From NCBI GenBank assembly GCA_000708835.1, contig DF237406.1:1-64000 (forward strand): 64,000 bases of DNA. The letters run 5' to 3'. Position 1 is the first letter of the stretch. Each line of letters starts with the position of its first letter. This DNA comes from Klebsormidium nitens (lineage: Eukaryota; Plantae; Klebsormidiophyceae). The notes beneath the pieces are model-generated. The model made no database searches and was not told the origin of the DNA. It saw only the letters and a program-made list of their open reading frames with translations. Below, piece by piece: positions 1 to 12,500 of the stretch. The position numbers and the translations under genes are program-made.

Positions 1-242
1 GACAGGCCGGGGATGTTCGGCATCGGCGACAGGTCGGCAAACACGCATGCCGCCCAGCAGTGCGCCGTACCGCGTGAGTGCCGGGGTCGCCTCCGAGCCG
101 CGCACAACCTGCCGCTCGGCGGACACTGAGCGCAGACCAAGGGCGTCGGCGCCCCAACGGCGGCGCTCCGGCACGTTCGTGATAACAGGCAAAAGGTGCG
201 GCACCATAGACCGTTAGGCCTAGGCGCGACCCCCTTTTTCCG

Positions 243-980
243 ATGTCCTCTTGCTCTCGGCCGCACTCCCTTGGCCATCCCTCGCTCGCCAATCTGAGAC
301 GCCGCCGTGGCCACTGGCCTCTGCCCCAGCCCCGTCGTCACGTTCTCTCGAGAGAGATAGCTCAGCACGACATCCGTGAGCTCAAAGGTTTGGCTCCAAG
401 CCCCTTCCCCCGTTTGCCGCCGCAATATGGTTGTGTCTTGCCCCCCATCGTTCCTGCTGCTCAACGTCACCGACAGACCATCAGAGTTCTCCGTCACCAT
501 GCCCAGAAGCTTGTGGATGCAGCTCAAGCACACAATTTGCCTGCATTGCTTGCCCTTTGGGATCTGAGCGCTAATGAGGTAGCCCATGATCTTGCGATCG
601 CTCTTGCGGAAATTGACCCTCAATTGCCCATCCTTGCCCCTCACCCAAATCTGATGCAAGCACGTTAAACACCTGACAGCAACACGCTCCTTGCAACTCT
701 CGATGTCAACCCTAATTTGACCTGACGCAATGCTCTCTACGGTACCTCGCTCTATTTGGCCCAACGCACCGCTGAAATGCTCAAGACTAGCCTGAGACTC
801 CATGGTTACCACCCTTCTTTGCCCTACTCGGACCTCCCTAAGCCCCGTGCGCCTCCACCTGCTCGCTGCTACCCGGTCCGGATTTACTGGGCCCTCGAAC
901 TTGCCTTTTGGACTCGACAGCTCCTCCCTAAGTGCCTGAGCACCGACCATGGTAGTTGGTACCCGGTCGCGTGGCCCTAA
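243..980 (+). pseudogene. Interrupted ~245-codon reading frame of unknown family (possible decayed TE or gene remnant)
   Basis: ORF-track ORFs 243..668 and 756..980 are in the same frame, separated only by TAA (666-668) and a TGA near 720. No recognisable domain. Confidence 0.25.
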
Positions 981-1459
981 GTTCCGACCGTTCGACGCGT
1001 CGGTGGTCGAAGGTGTCCGGGAATCGTCGAGCGGGGTGCCTACGTGGCGTCCTCTCCGGTACATGCTCTGGAATTTACCGTCACCGGCCGAATCCGGCAG
1101 GGGCTTTGCCACACTCGGACCGTCCGATCCGAGCGTATCGATCTGGACCGTCAATTTTAGTCCGAACTTCATTTGGTAGGCCCCATCTGTTCTGAATTTC
1201 ACAGCCCTGAGCCACCGCTGGACGGAGTCCACCGTTTCTAGTCGCGGGCAGTCCCAGCTCCGAAACAGACTTCCTATACTAAACCCGGTTTCAAGCACTG
1301 CTCCGACTCCGAGCCAATGGCATCAAAATTCTTTCAAAACAGGGAAAGTCTTTTGAGATCATGACTACTGTAGGATCTGAGAGGTGCTGAAGCGCGGAAC
1401 GCAGGCCGCTGGTTTCCTTGTGGTTTGAGCTTTCTCGATCATTCCCTCAATTCTACACA

Positions 1460-4400
1460 ATGGCGCTATTTTACGATCCCATCACGGATGAAGCGGGCCC
1501 TTCGCGGACCTGGGAGGAAGATGAGGAAGAGTTCGAGGAGCTGTATGGGTCCAAAGGGGAGGCAGCATATGCATTCAAGGTACGAGTCTTTATTTCTGTG
1601 TCCACGTTTATTTTCTATTTTTGATTTTTTCTTAGTACAGATTGAGCTGAAGAAATAAATTCCTTAAGTCTTGCTGTATCAAGGAGCGCTCAAGGTTATT
1701 GATGGAAGTGGTGTTGTCAAAGCTCCGCATGAGCAATCCAGCAACTTCGTTCGATAGTCGTACGAGTCTGTCTTCCTCTGATCAAGGATGTGAGAGGGCT
1801 TTTTAGACAGCTTTGTCCTGGTAGCAGCTTCAGGTTAAGGTGTTGCATTGAGAAATGCAGAGCAGCAAAAATGCGATCAAAGTGGCGAATTGCTTTCACT
1901 TGCTCGGCACACAATTAGGCCAGCCAATACCTTCATTGCCAGCATAACATGGATTGAGCATTTCTGCGTGGAAGAGTTGTTTGGTTGGCATTTGTACCTG
2001 TAAGTTATTAATGTTACATGAGTAGGTTCTACTCTGTTGGACCTGTATTCAAACGAAGCTTCCAATTGATATCAGTGCTTGGCTTGACACTCTTTCTGCT
2101 TATTTGTGAGTACTGAATGGTGCTTCTGTGATTATTCAACGATTACATGTTGCAAGGCAGATCAGGGAATCAAAGTCACTTTCCTAGTACTTTTGTCTTG
2201 CACCACTTGGTATCAATTAGCAAAAACGGTCAGAAGCACAGTGAGGCTGCACGACTGTAGGGCTATTCTCTCCAGTCCTCGTTCGCTTTCTGACTTTGTC
2301 GACCGTTACACTTTTGAACATGGTGGAAAGCTAGGCCGGAAAGTAGAAGCAAAGAACCTACAAAGCGGACAGCCCGTATGTTGCAGCTTCTGCCGGCCGC
2401 CGAACAGCACCACAAGGGCGGCAAGCTGCAGGCAGATCTGCTCATGGTGGGAGCGTCTTCTGCAAGCCGCGTACTGCTGTCTCATCTTGGCGAGTTTGGT
2501 GATAAAGTCGGCGCAATTTACCAGGACATAAATGAGACAGTGAGCTAATTCTACCTCAACTGGTCACTGCTTCATGCGTACTTCCGTGACGTGTTGTCAC
2601 ACAATCAGAACTTTGGCCCAGGCTGGTATGCACGCTGTGAAAAGTCCGAAACGGAGGACTAAGCCGATACGTTCCCTTAATCAAGCTTGACAGGGGGCTG
2701 CGCGTTTGATTTCAGTTTGCTTGCTTTGGCAACCCCCAACCAACTGTGATGCTGACCGTCTGCAAATTTTGAAAGTGCAGTGTTTCTCAAGGTCTGTGAT
2801 GCGGCTTTGGAACAAACGCTGGCAAACACCTTCCTTGGTGGAGACTCTCAAGAGCGGAACGTTATTCCGGCCGTTGTTGATTCAGCTCCGCCCTTGCTTG
2901 TCGCTGTATCAGTATTATTAGCTGGTACATGAGCGCTTCTTTGAAGAAGAGGTGGCGGTTGGTCATCTTCTTCAATATTTATTCCCTTGTGGTTGGATAA
3001 TGGACACAAGTGACAGTTCCACGGGTTTTCAAAAAAGAACCGATTTCGAAAAGGTCTGGCAAATACACGTCATCTAGTACCAGAAGTTTCATTTTTGGTC
3101 GATAGGACCCGATGCTACTGTATTTTGATGCAAACCTGGTCTAATTCACAGCCAAAGGGAAGAAAAGGTCCGAGGACCACCCCCTTGGACCCGTTTCCTT
3201 TGTATCCGTTTACTGAAAACCCCTTCTGTTTCCTGTTCTCACGGGAGCTTGCAAACCAACGACTGACAAGAGGCGCTTGTTTAACGTACTTTGCAGGACG
3301 AGGGACGACGCGACCGCAGCCAAGAAGATGACGCGTCTGACGGACACCTTTTTCAAATGAGCGCCGCAGGGGGAGACAGAATTATTCTCGTCTCGGTTCC
3401 GGAAGGGGTGCGACAAGAGGGGGCGGCGGCTTGGGCGAGAGCACTCTTTGGCGGCGTATCTGCGACAAGGTACAAACCTCTGGATCTGTGGTACAAATCT
3501 CTAGATCTGTGGTACAAACCTCCAGATGTTTGTGCTTGGAAGGGCTGGCGCCAACAGCAAAGTGACGTTTCTGTCGACATCAGATTGCATCATCGCTTAT
3601 CCTTGTCAGAAAGTCCTTAATTGATCTCCTTCACACATAGCAGATACTTCGCATCTCATCCTCTTGACCTGTTGCAAGGCTATGGATCTCGCCATCCGAG
3701 TTCGAAGACTTCGGTCCTTGCAGTGCTTTCGATGGATCGGTTCTATTGCTGGCGCCATTTTGCGTACGCGACAGCTGCTTTCGCAGACGTTGACAGGCTA
3801 GATTGCCACCCGGAGTTTGGGAGGTGATGACGTGAGAATTGATGACGTAAGGTCTCGGTTGATATGCACGACGATCCAAAAACGGCGGAATAGAATGAGG
3901 CGAAATGCAACACGAAGAAAAAGTTTGATCGCAATCCCGTTTGCAGAACGGTGGTCCTCGGGTCCATACCCCGCTCAAAGTTCCTGGGCGCAGCGGACGA
4001 AGGGGCGTCTCCGGTGATTTACACGGTGGAAACGTCAGCGCAACGGGTAAGGAAAATCGGGAGTCGGCGGAATTACTCCAGGGCGCTCCGATGCAAAAGA
4101 CTTCAAGTCTGTCAAGCGTTTTACTTGGTTTATCCAGAAGTGTCGTTCCATCCACGTAAGCAGAGCCAGACATGTTTGCAATGACGACATCGCCGACTTG
4201 AGGCCAGGAGCGACGAGCATCAGTTCGCCAGCTTCAAGAATATCGTGCAAAAAACCACTCAGCAGTCGCAGCTGTTGGAGATGAGACGGTCCGGCTTCGT
4301 TCCGCCGTAATATTATTCCTCATTCTACGCCTCCAAAGCATGCACCTGAAAAGAAACGTGGGCAGCTGAAGAGCAGCAATAGCGGTTGATCTAAACTGCT

Positions 4401-5886
4401 TAGATAGCCACGCAAGTGGTACACTGGCTTTCCTGGCGCCGGAAGCTCGGTCCTCAAATCTAAAGCCGCGACTAATTAGCGGTATCGCCTTGGGTTTTTG
4501 TTTCAAACCCTGTGTACAGTACTTTGCTTCTCGAATTCCTGCAACAGCCTTCTTCGTAGAAGAGGATGTCGGGTTTGGCCTAGAGTCGGTAGCACTGCCT
4601 CAAAGCGAAGGAAAGGAAAGAACTACAACGAAGCTCAAAGTCTCCATCCGTGATATCAGTCCGCCTACGATCAGCTGCACCTTATGTATCTTACGGTCCT
4701 TGCCACGTTTGCAGGCTGCAACTGGACAAGCGGGGACGAATGTGACGTACCTTCCGACCGGGAACCTGGTGGACGGCGTCGCGGCAGCAGTCGTCAGCCA
4801 TGTGAGCGCGTCCCCCCGTTTCAACTCAGGGGATTCAATTTGAGGATCATATTTTCTTGTGGCGCAGAGTATGCTTGTTTGCAGCCTAGGAGTGTGTCTG
4901 CCCCTTCCAGGTATTTCCATTCTGTGCAAGGATCGGATTCACGTCTACAGGTTATTTGTCCCTCTTCCGTTCCTTGGCTGTACTTGGTCGAGCTACAAGC
5001 GCAGGCGCCTCTTGTCTAGGGGTTTAGACAAGTTTTTTTTCCAGCCCAGAGCCTATCCAATTAACGGGCTCTAGCCTCCCCGTTTCCTGCACATTTCTTT
5101 GGCTTTCCGACTCGCTCGGTGCTGACAGAGACGTCTTTTCATCGTGTGCCGCGGAATGAACTTCCAACCTAGGTAAGAGAAAGGGGTTACGGGGTTTTGA
5201 TCGGAAGAGGGCGATGTGGGCGAAACGACCGTGGCTGCGTTCTTGATGGAGACAGAAGCCACAGAAAAGGTTAAAAGTAGCGGGGCAGCATTCAATGATA
5301 TGTCGCCCCGCTTTTGTTTCTCGCCCGTCGAGTAATCAAGCAATTAGGAAGCCTGCTATTATTCGGTCATGTGGCGGTTCCTTTGTCCACACTCTGGCGA
5401 TTACATGTTGCTTAATCTAGCAGGACATGCGTATTGAGCCACCGTCCAAGCGGAGCCATCGGCCGTTTGGTCGCCGTGCAAAGAATGGATCAACGCCCTC
5501 TGAGAACGTCGTATTGAGCACCACTCACACTCTCGTTCCGGGTTTACCGCCGGAAAATGCTTATCGTGGACAAATCCGGGATCTGGGACTCATGGAAAAT
5601 AATGGGTCAACGCCCTCTGACAACGTCGTATTGAGTACCATTCATACTCTCGTTCCGGGTTTTCCAGTGTCAAGTGCGAAACTTGGTAGCGACTCTGCTC
5701 GTGAACATCGATCAGACGTCGGGGCCGGACCAGAAGATGGTGCAAGCGCTGACGAATGAAATAAAGGAGTGCTTACAGCTGCAATCACAGCACTTCAACG
5801 TGCATTGGCCTGATCTCGTGGCTAAGAGTCAGAAGGATCTTGCGAGCAGAAGCCGGGGGCAAAGCTGGTCAGAACTGTACTCTTGA
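1460..5886 (+). CDS. PSMG1: Proteasome assembly chaperone 1 (PAC1/PSMG1-like), 6 exons, 283 aa
   Basis: join(1460..1579,2387..2539,3297..3469,3947..4046,4715..4801,5668..5886); all GT-AG and phase-consistent. Acidic N-terminus (PSRTWEEDEEEFEE), RIILVSVPEG..WARALFG, RTVVLGSI...YTVETS, YLPTGNLVDGVAAAVVSHCQVRN and C-terminal SELYS* match remembered PAC1 family motifs (e.g. PSGSVIDG..SLLSRCQ, DSDLYT*). Confidence 0.8.
3470..3527 (+). repeat. 21-bp tandem repeat (~2.8 copies) starting exactly at the PAC1 intron-3 donor
   Basis: gtacaaacctctggatctgtg / gtacaaatctctagatctgtg / gtacaaacctccagatg. Confidence 0.9.
5484..5667 (+). repeat. ~66-bp direct repeat (offset 117 bp) of the PAC1 last-intron 3' end
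   Basis: aatggatcaacgccctctgagaacgtcgtattgagcaccactcacactctcgttccgggtttaccg (5484-5549) vs aatgggtcaacgccctctgacaacgtcgtattgagtaccattcatactctcgttccgggttttccag (5601-5667). Only the second copy ends in AG. Confidence 0.9.
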
Positions 5887-6555
5887 CAATAGAGTCCGAA
5901 TCGTCAAATCATATGCCTTCCAAGCGTTAAGATCCCTCCTTGTAGCCGGAACCTTCCAGGTTTGCTTGCTTGTTTCTCCGGCCTGACGAATCTGCATGCG
6001 GGGCTGTGTGTGAGGCCGGTTGAAAACAGGGAAAGGAGTGGACGTACTCGAGCATGATCGGATCGATTCAATCGTACGTTGAGCATCGGACCGCAACGAC
6101 CGGAGCATGTCATGTCAAGTGTTCACGGAAAACCCTGGCCGGGCCGTACGATCATGTGAAGCATGTTTTGATCGCGAAATCACTTCCCTGCCAGTACGCA
6201 TATCCTAAATGCATATATATGATCTGTGTACCGGCCGTTGCATGCATGTTGAGGTACGCACAGCGCCGGGTCACTTGCTCGGACTCAGGCGGGGCCCACG
6301 CAACCACAGAGTTGGGGACGGTACGTTACATGGTCCGACACGTTTGCAAGATCAGCTAGTGACTTCGGCTTCCGATCAAGGCGCGCCGCGCGGCCCCGCG
6401 GCCGCCACTGTCTTGATTGTTTTACATATCAGGTCAATGATGTGCACATATATTTCAAAGGTCACTGCGTCAGACTAATTTAGCACTATGTATAAGTTGA
6501 AGTGCAGCTACCGAGACACGAGATCAGCTTTGAAGCTGAGGAATTGCGGAGATTT

Positions 6556-9500
6556 TCACGTCCGTTCATCTAGTGCTTCATACTGAGGCAAACGAACCCT
6601 TTGACAAGACACCACCCCGGCTCGTCCGCCCCAAGCCATCCACAACCCGTACCTCTTATGTGGATTCCACGTCACCCGGTGAACCGCTACTTTCCGAGCG
6701 GGAAAGTGCGTTTCGGCTTCCTTGTTATCTCCACTCCTAGTGGAGGTGCTTGGATCGCTACCGACAATCTTAACAGGCTGCTTTCTCCAGTGGCCTCCCT
6801 GTCCGCTGGTGCCTTTTCCCTGTTTACGCATCGACGGTTGCGTGGCTCCTACCTTTGAAGGCCCGGGAGCATCTGCATCGTCCGGCTGGCCTTCTGTGCT
6901 GTTGTTATGCAGGGCCTCGTTCGCTTCCTTTTTAGTCGCGAAATTTTCGTTCGGTCCGCTCAGCCGTAGCCTTACCGGGCCAGAATCGTCCTCCGCTTCG
7001 AGCGCCGCGCAGCGGTACGCGGGCTGGACGTGGCGGTTCGAACCGTGCCCCGTCGACACCCAGCCACGTGTCAACTGGAGAGAAAGGCGTTTACTATTAA
7101 GTAGGATTAAAGATCCTACGGCAGTCTCGAGCACAACGGTGTGGAACGAAGCAGTACCCTTTTTCGTGGTGTTACCCAGCTTGGGCGAATAACTAGGTTC
7201 CTACAGTCTGATTGTCCACGTGGCTGGCAGTAATACCGTCTCAAGGACACATGGGCACACTAGAAGTCCATCAGCAAGTCGGGGTTTGCTCAAGTAATCG
7301 CATGGTCACGAATCGCGCTCCTAACGAACGCGCAGGGCTCGATCCGATAACAAGTACCGCCAATTCTTAAGACCGCGTCCGACGAAGTGGGAATCGGCTA
7401 GCGCAGAGAAGCCGTGCGTTACTCAGGAAGTCGGTTTGGAACATGTTGCATACCTGGAAGAAAGACACCACTCCGCTGGAGGAGCCCGTCGCCACGAGTC
7501 CTGCAGCACAGCATGCGAAGCTTGGTGTCAATGCCTTGAAGCAATAATCACCTTTCCAAGTCGACGAGAAAGTCGTCAAGCTCTTGAGTACTTTTTCTTA
7601 CTCACTTTTCAATCTAGTCAGTTCTTGGAGGAAACTGGCGTCACAAAAACCTGGGGACTCCAAAAATGCTGCGGCTTACAAACTGAAAACGCTGACGTTT
7701 TGACCAGAAGTATCTGCTTACCGCAGGCGCCTGAATCCAAGAAAACGACTACCAGAAAGAAGAACGCGCATGCATTCACCTGTGAGACGACTGATGTCCG
7801 CTCCCCAAAGGGCCCCGTCGCTCAACTTTCGGATGTGAGCGTGCGTCGATCCAGACACGGGCGGTTGGCAGCCCGGCAGCGGCACTCCGAACCCGTCCAG
7901 TGTGTAGACTTGGTACCATCCGTCGTCTCGAGACACTGTCACGCACCTAGGAAAAGGTGAGCCGAACAGGTTTAAGCTATAAAAACGTTGACCGAGTTAT
8001 CGTGACCCGTTCGAGCGCGTTGTCCAGATGCCGTCTGGACACGGAAATGACGTCAGCGTTGGTTGAAAAGAGGCGGGCGGTTGGCCGCCCGGCAGCGGCA
8101 CGCCAAATTCGTCCAGTGTGTAAACTTGATACCAACCGTCGTGTCGAGACACTGTCACGCACCTACGAAAATCTGAACCGACTGGGGTTAGGCTGGAGCT
8201 TAGACTGGGTTATTGTCACCCGTGGTTAGAATGTCGCAGAAGAGACAAACGTGACGTAAGCGTGCAGCAAACTAGACGCGGGCGGTTGGCAGCCCGGCAG
8301 CGGCGCACGAAAGCCGTCCAGTGTGTAAAACTGGGTACCAGCCGTTGTCTCAACACACAGCCAAGGACCTGAGGGGATCGACAGGGAGGGACGGCCATGA
8401 GTGTGCTCTGCTTCCCGTGCTAAGTTCAGAGAAAATTCAAAGTTCCTCAGCCTGAGACGAACCCGTCCGAAGAGTGACATCGTCGCAGCTTTTGCGGCGA
8501 GGAACCAAGCACCTGAAGACAGGGGAGCCAACCCTGAAATGATTGGCTCCACCATACAGTGTCTTGTTTCGGTGTTGTATTTTGTCATTAATCCCGTCAA
8601 CCCACGTGGTCAGGATTGTGCCCTGATTCGAAATAGTGCCCTGGGCACCGCGGCGGTTTCGTCGACCGTCACCTTTGAGGATTTACAATCTAGATCCCGG
8701 TCCAAACATGAATCTAGGTAGCTCAAGATCGATGAGGGGTCGGCAGCCGTCTCACCAAAAAGGGTCCAACGGGACTCAACAAGATTAACAAGCTCAGAAG
8801 CAGCACTTTGTAAGAAACTAAAAGGTTTTCTTGAGCGCACCTTGGAGAAGCCAGCCAGTCTAGGCCCAGGATCCAGCTTCGAGCGACGGACAGAGTCCAG
8901 ATGGGCTGTAAGGGATCCCTGCAAAAGATGCCGTTTGTGTATGGTCAGTTCAGACAACCAGCGGTTGATCGGATATTAGAGAACCTGCTCTTCGACGTTG
9001 GATTGTTGGTTAGATACCAACTCGGTTTGTCTGAGACTTTGGTAAGCACATGACACTGCGACGTTTCCAAGGCTCCCCAGTGTCCTGCCAGTCTGGCGGC
9101 CAACCAAACTTAGCTGCGCAACGACTCCTCGGTCGCCAAGAGGAGGGAACCTCACACGACGCCCACTTCTAGAAGCAGAAACCTCGAGAATCTTCTTTCG
9201 AAAATCACAAAGGGTAAAGTACTACTTGGGATCTCTTTACGTCCGAACTAGATTCTTTCCCTCATGCGTACTTCATACCAAGCGCCACTCAAAACTCGTT
9301 TGGATTGCAGCGAACGTTTCTGCTACTCTCAACATCTTTGATAGCGGGCCGTTCCTTGACGTTTGAAGACTCATCAAAAATCTCGACTTCAACCATCTGA
9401 TGTAACGGAAAAGAAGGCGGCAAGATTTTGCAGGGAATACGTACTTCACAGCAGGGACGGCGGCAGATTTTGCAGGGACCCCGCGCTTTCAACACAGCAG

Positions 9501-12500
9501 GCACTCATGTCACATAGTCGCAGCCGATAGGCGCCACAGAGACTTTCGTACTGATACCGCGAAAAGGCGCTTAAGAAGCGAAGGGCGGCGCCTACCTGAC
9601 GTCCCAAAACTTGACTGCTCCCCGATGGCCGCCCGTGACGAAGAGCTGGTTGCTACCACCGCTGCGCAAACACTTCCGACATGATTAGAAGCTGACGTCA
9701 CCAGAACAGCTTGAATAGATGCTGCGACATAAGGAATTATATGATTACAAGCGCACGAAGAGCTGGTTGCCACTGCCGCTGCGCAAACACTTTCCGCTAT
9801 GATGAGGATCAGGAGATGGCGTCACCAAATGCAGCTCAGTTAAATGCTGCAATGTAAATATATATGTGATCACAGCCGGTTGTCCTCAAGACGCTACTGG
9901 CTGTTACACGGAGCCGCTGAAAGACACGTGTCACCTTCCAAACTCTTCAAGAAGCTTCGCGCTTCGAGTGTTTCTAATTATTTTCCCAGGATCCGGATAA
10001 GGGGTCGTCGAAGATGGTATCCGGAGAGTTAATGGACGTTTTGTGACTTTGTATTTTTCCTACACTAAGTCCTTTGGACAGTTTTTGAGCCCGGATCGTG
10101 GCATTACGCGGCCTTTGAAGTGTCGAACAAAGACTTACGATCGCTTTTCAGACTAATCTCAGCAGGTAGAGTCGGCTCCTATGAGAAAGAAAAGATGAAC
10201 AGAACAAAAGCGGTAGATGAAAATAGTTTCAGTATTGAGACTATCGGGGGCGCTTACACGTGCGGCGGAACCCAAGCGAGCGAGCGGAGCGGCGTGTCCT
10301 CTGCCTTGAAGCACGCGAGCGGGAACACGTGGTCTGCAATCGAGAGGACACGTGTCAGTCCAGATCCGTCGAACCGCCACAGGTGGCAAAGGACGGTGCC
10401 TTGAACAATAGGAAAGCGACTCACATTTGGAGAGACCGTTGGAAAATGTTTGATCGAGGAAGCGGTACAAAGTTCTGGCAGTGATGTCATAACCCGCCAT
10501 GCTCATCATACGTCGCTGACCGTTGCAGTGGTTGCTGCTGTGATTCGACCCCTTCGTGTCACTTCATTTGGTTCACGGGAAATCATTCGGTACGCACCTG
10601 AGGAGCTCGGCTTCGTGTCAGGTACCCGCCACAGAACCACCTGCGGGAGAAGCTTTTGGATGTAACTTATCTTTTCCTTCTTTCCTCTCATAACTCTCCT
10701 AACTGCGCAGGAACGAAAACACCATGGCCCCAAGCATTTTTGAGGAATCCTACAGTTGTGGAACGAGCCTGTGTTCCAAGTAGCTTGCAGCAACGTTTAC
10801 AGACATAAATTTCTGGTCGCTGCGATTTGGCTCCACGCCCCTTTCCTAGCGGCTCGCCGCTCCACGGTGAGTTCTCAGGCAAAAGGTCGCTGAAGGGGAC
10901 ATGTCCTTTCAATACCACTCCTTAGCAATCACGTGATCTTCAGGTCTCGACTGAAACAGGCTGGAATCGAAATAAAACTGCGTGACAGCAAAGCGCCGCT
11001 CTTTTACATCCAGGCAAGAAGCATGGCAGACTTTATGGCTAGAAAAATTATGTTCTGCAAACCAATGGTTAGTCGTTGTTTCGAAAAGAAGGGCAACTTC
11101 CAAATTGTAAGGGAGGTAATCGGTTGCGGAGGGACGAGCATTTCAGCGTCTGTAAAAGGAAGTATTGTTCTACCCGTTTTCTCAGGTTGAAGGGGCTTTT
11201 ACCGAGGACTCAACAGAAGACTTCAAAAGACTAGTTGGAAGGACGTGACGGTGACGCATCAGATCCAATGGGCGGGAGCAGCATCGAAATCCCCGTGCTA
11301 CATTAAAGAAAAGCTCGGGGCGTGTGAATGTTAGTTGATTCTGAAAACGTTAAGGTGCCTCGCCGAGTGTTGCAGAAAAGCTCCAAAGAAAAACGAGGAC
11401 GAATCGAGAAGGTCTAGTGGAAGACTAGGGGTTGGGGAGTAAAGGGTAACTTGGAAACTTTGACTCACCGTTCCGTCGTGGCAGCCAGCGAGCAGTAGGT
11501 TTGACGGGGCGCACGGGGACCACTCCAGCGTCAAGGGAAGCCTGCCACCAAGTTAATCGTAACAATTAAGAAAATCGAATAAAAGTTGTTACGTGCTTCG
11601 AAAACTACAAGCACGGAGGGAGGTTACAGGGCGAAAGTCGTTCGTGTGCGATCTAAGATGACTGTACTCGTGTCACGAAGGAGTCTAAAGCTGAGGAGGA
11701 CAATGGAGGACCAAAGGCTGTCTCGATAAGCTGTGAAGAACGCAGACGCGTGAGACCGCTGACTGAATTGCCTCTAGAGGCGCTGGAGGCTTAGAAACTT
11801 CTATTACAGGCCTGCGCTTGTATGCTCGTGTGGATCTGGGTTGACCTTTAGTGCACGTCCGATCGAGCTTGGAACTTTGAGAATGTCCTCCGCCGAGTTA
11901 GAAACCACGTCTTGCAACTCCGCGAAGCGTGCCGGCAGCTGACATTACCGAATCGAGAAAGCGGTCCGTTTGTGTAGATTGCTGTCCATGCTTTCCCACA
12001 GTGCTCAAGAGAGCGGTTTTGTACAAATATAAAATTCATGTAACAAGTGAGACAAACGGTCAAACCCTTACCTTCGACCCAAAGTTGCGTGTCCCGTTCG
12101 AAACGCGGCGCTCGGCAGACTTACGACAACCGGAGGAGCCGGCGGTTGTGCTTCCGCCGGCTCCCCTTTCCGCTTCCGTTTCTTGGCCCCTCCGGCGGCT
12201 TCGGCCGGAACACTCGAGCCGGTCGGTCGGGGCACGGAGGCAGGAGTGGGCACAGTCCATCTGAATGAACGGCGACGTTGAAGTCTTATTCATGTCGAAA
12301 GTGTGAGAGCTCTCTTGCAGTCTCTTAAAACGGACAGAAACGTCATCAACGGACAAAAAGTTGAGTAGTCGGAGTTGATCATTTGAGAAGTAAAGAAGTT
12401 GTACGCACTTCAGTTGAACCGGAGGATGTACCTGCGTTTTCTGGGAACGGTGAATACGAGGCTGGCCACCCGAGCAGTTCACGGTTGATGCAAGCACTGA

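Noticed and set aside
1-207. GC-rich open frames at the left window edge
   Set aside because: Truncated by the edge; both strands are open and no motif is recognisable.
6378-6405. Cluster of AscI, SacII and NotI sites resembling a vector polylinker
   Set aside because: Short GC-only patch between convergent genes with no other vector sequence nearby; chance is sufficient.
7780-8372. Repeat-spacer appearance (~90-bp conserved blocks at ~210-bp period) suggesting a CRISPR array or satellite
   Set aside because: The conserved block translates to a GTF3C2 exon with splice sites. The context is eukaryotic and there are no cas genes.
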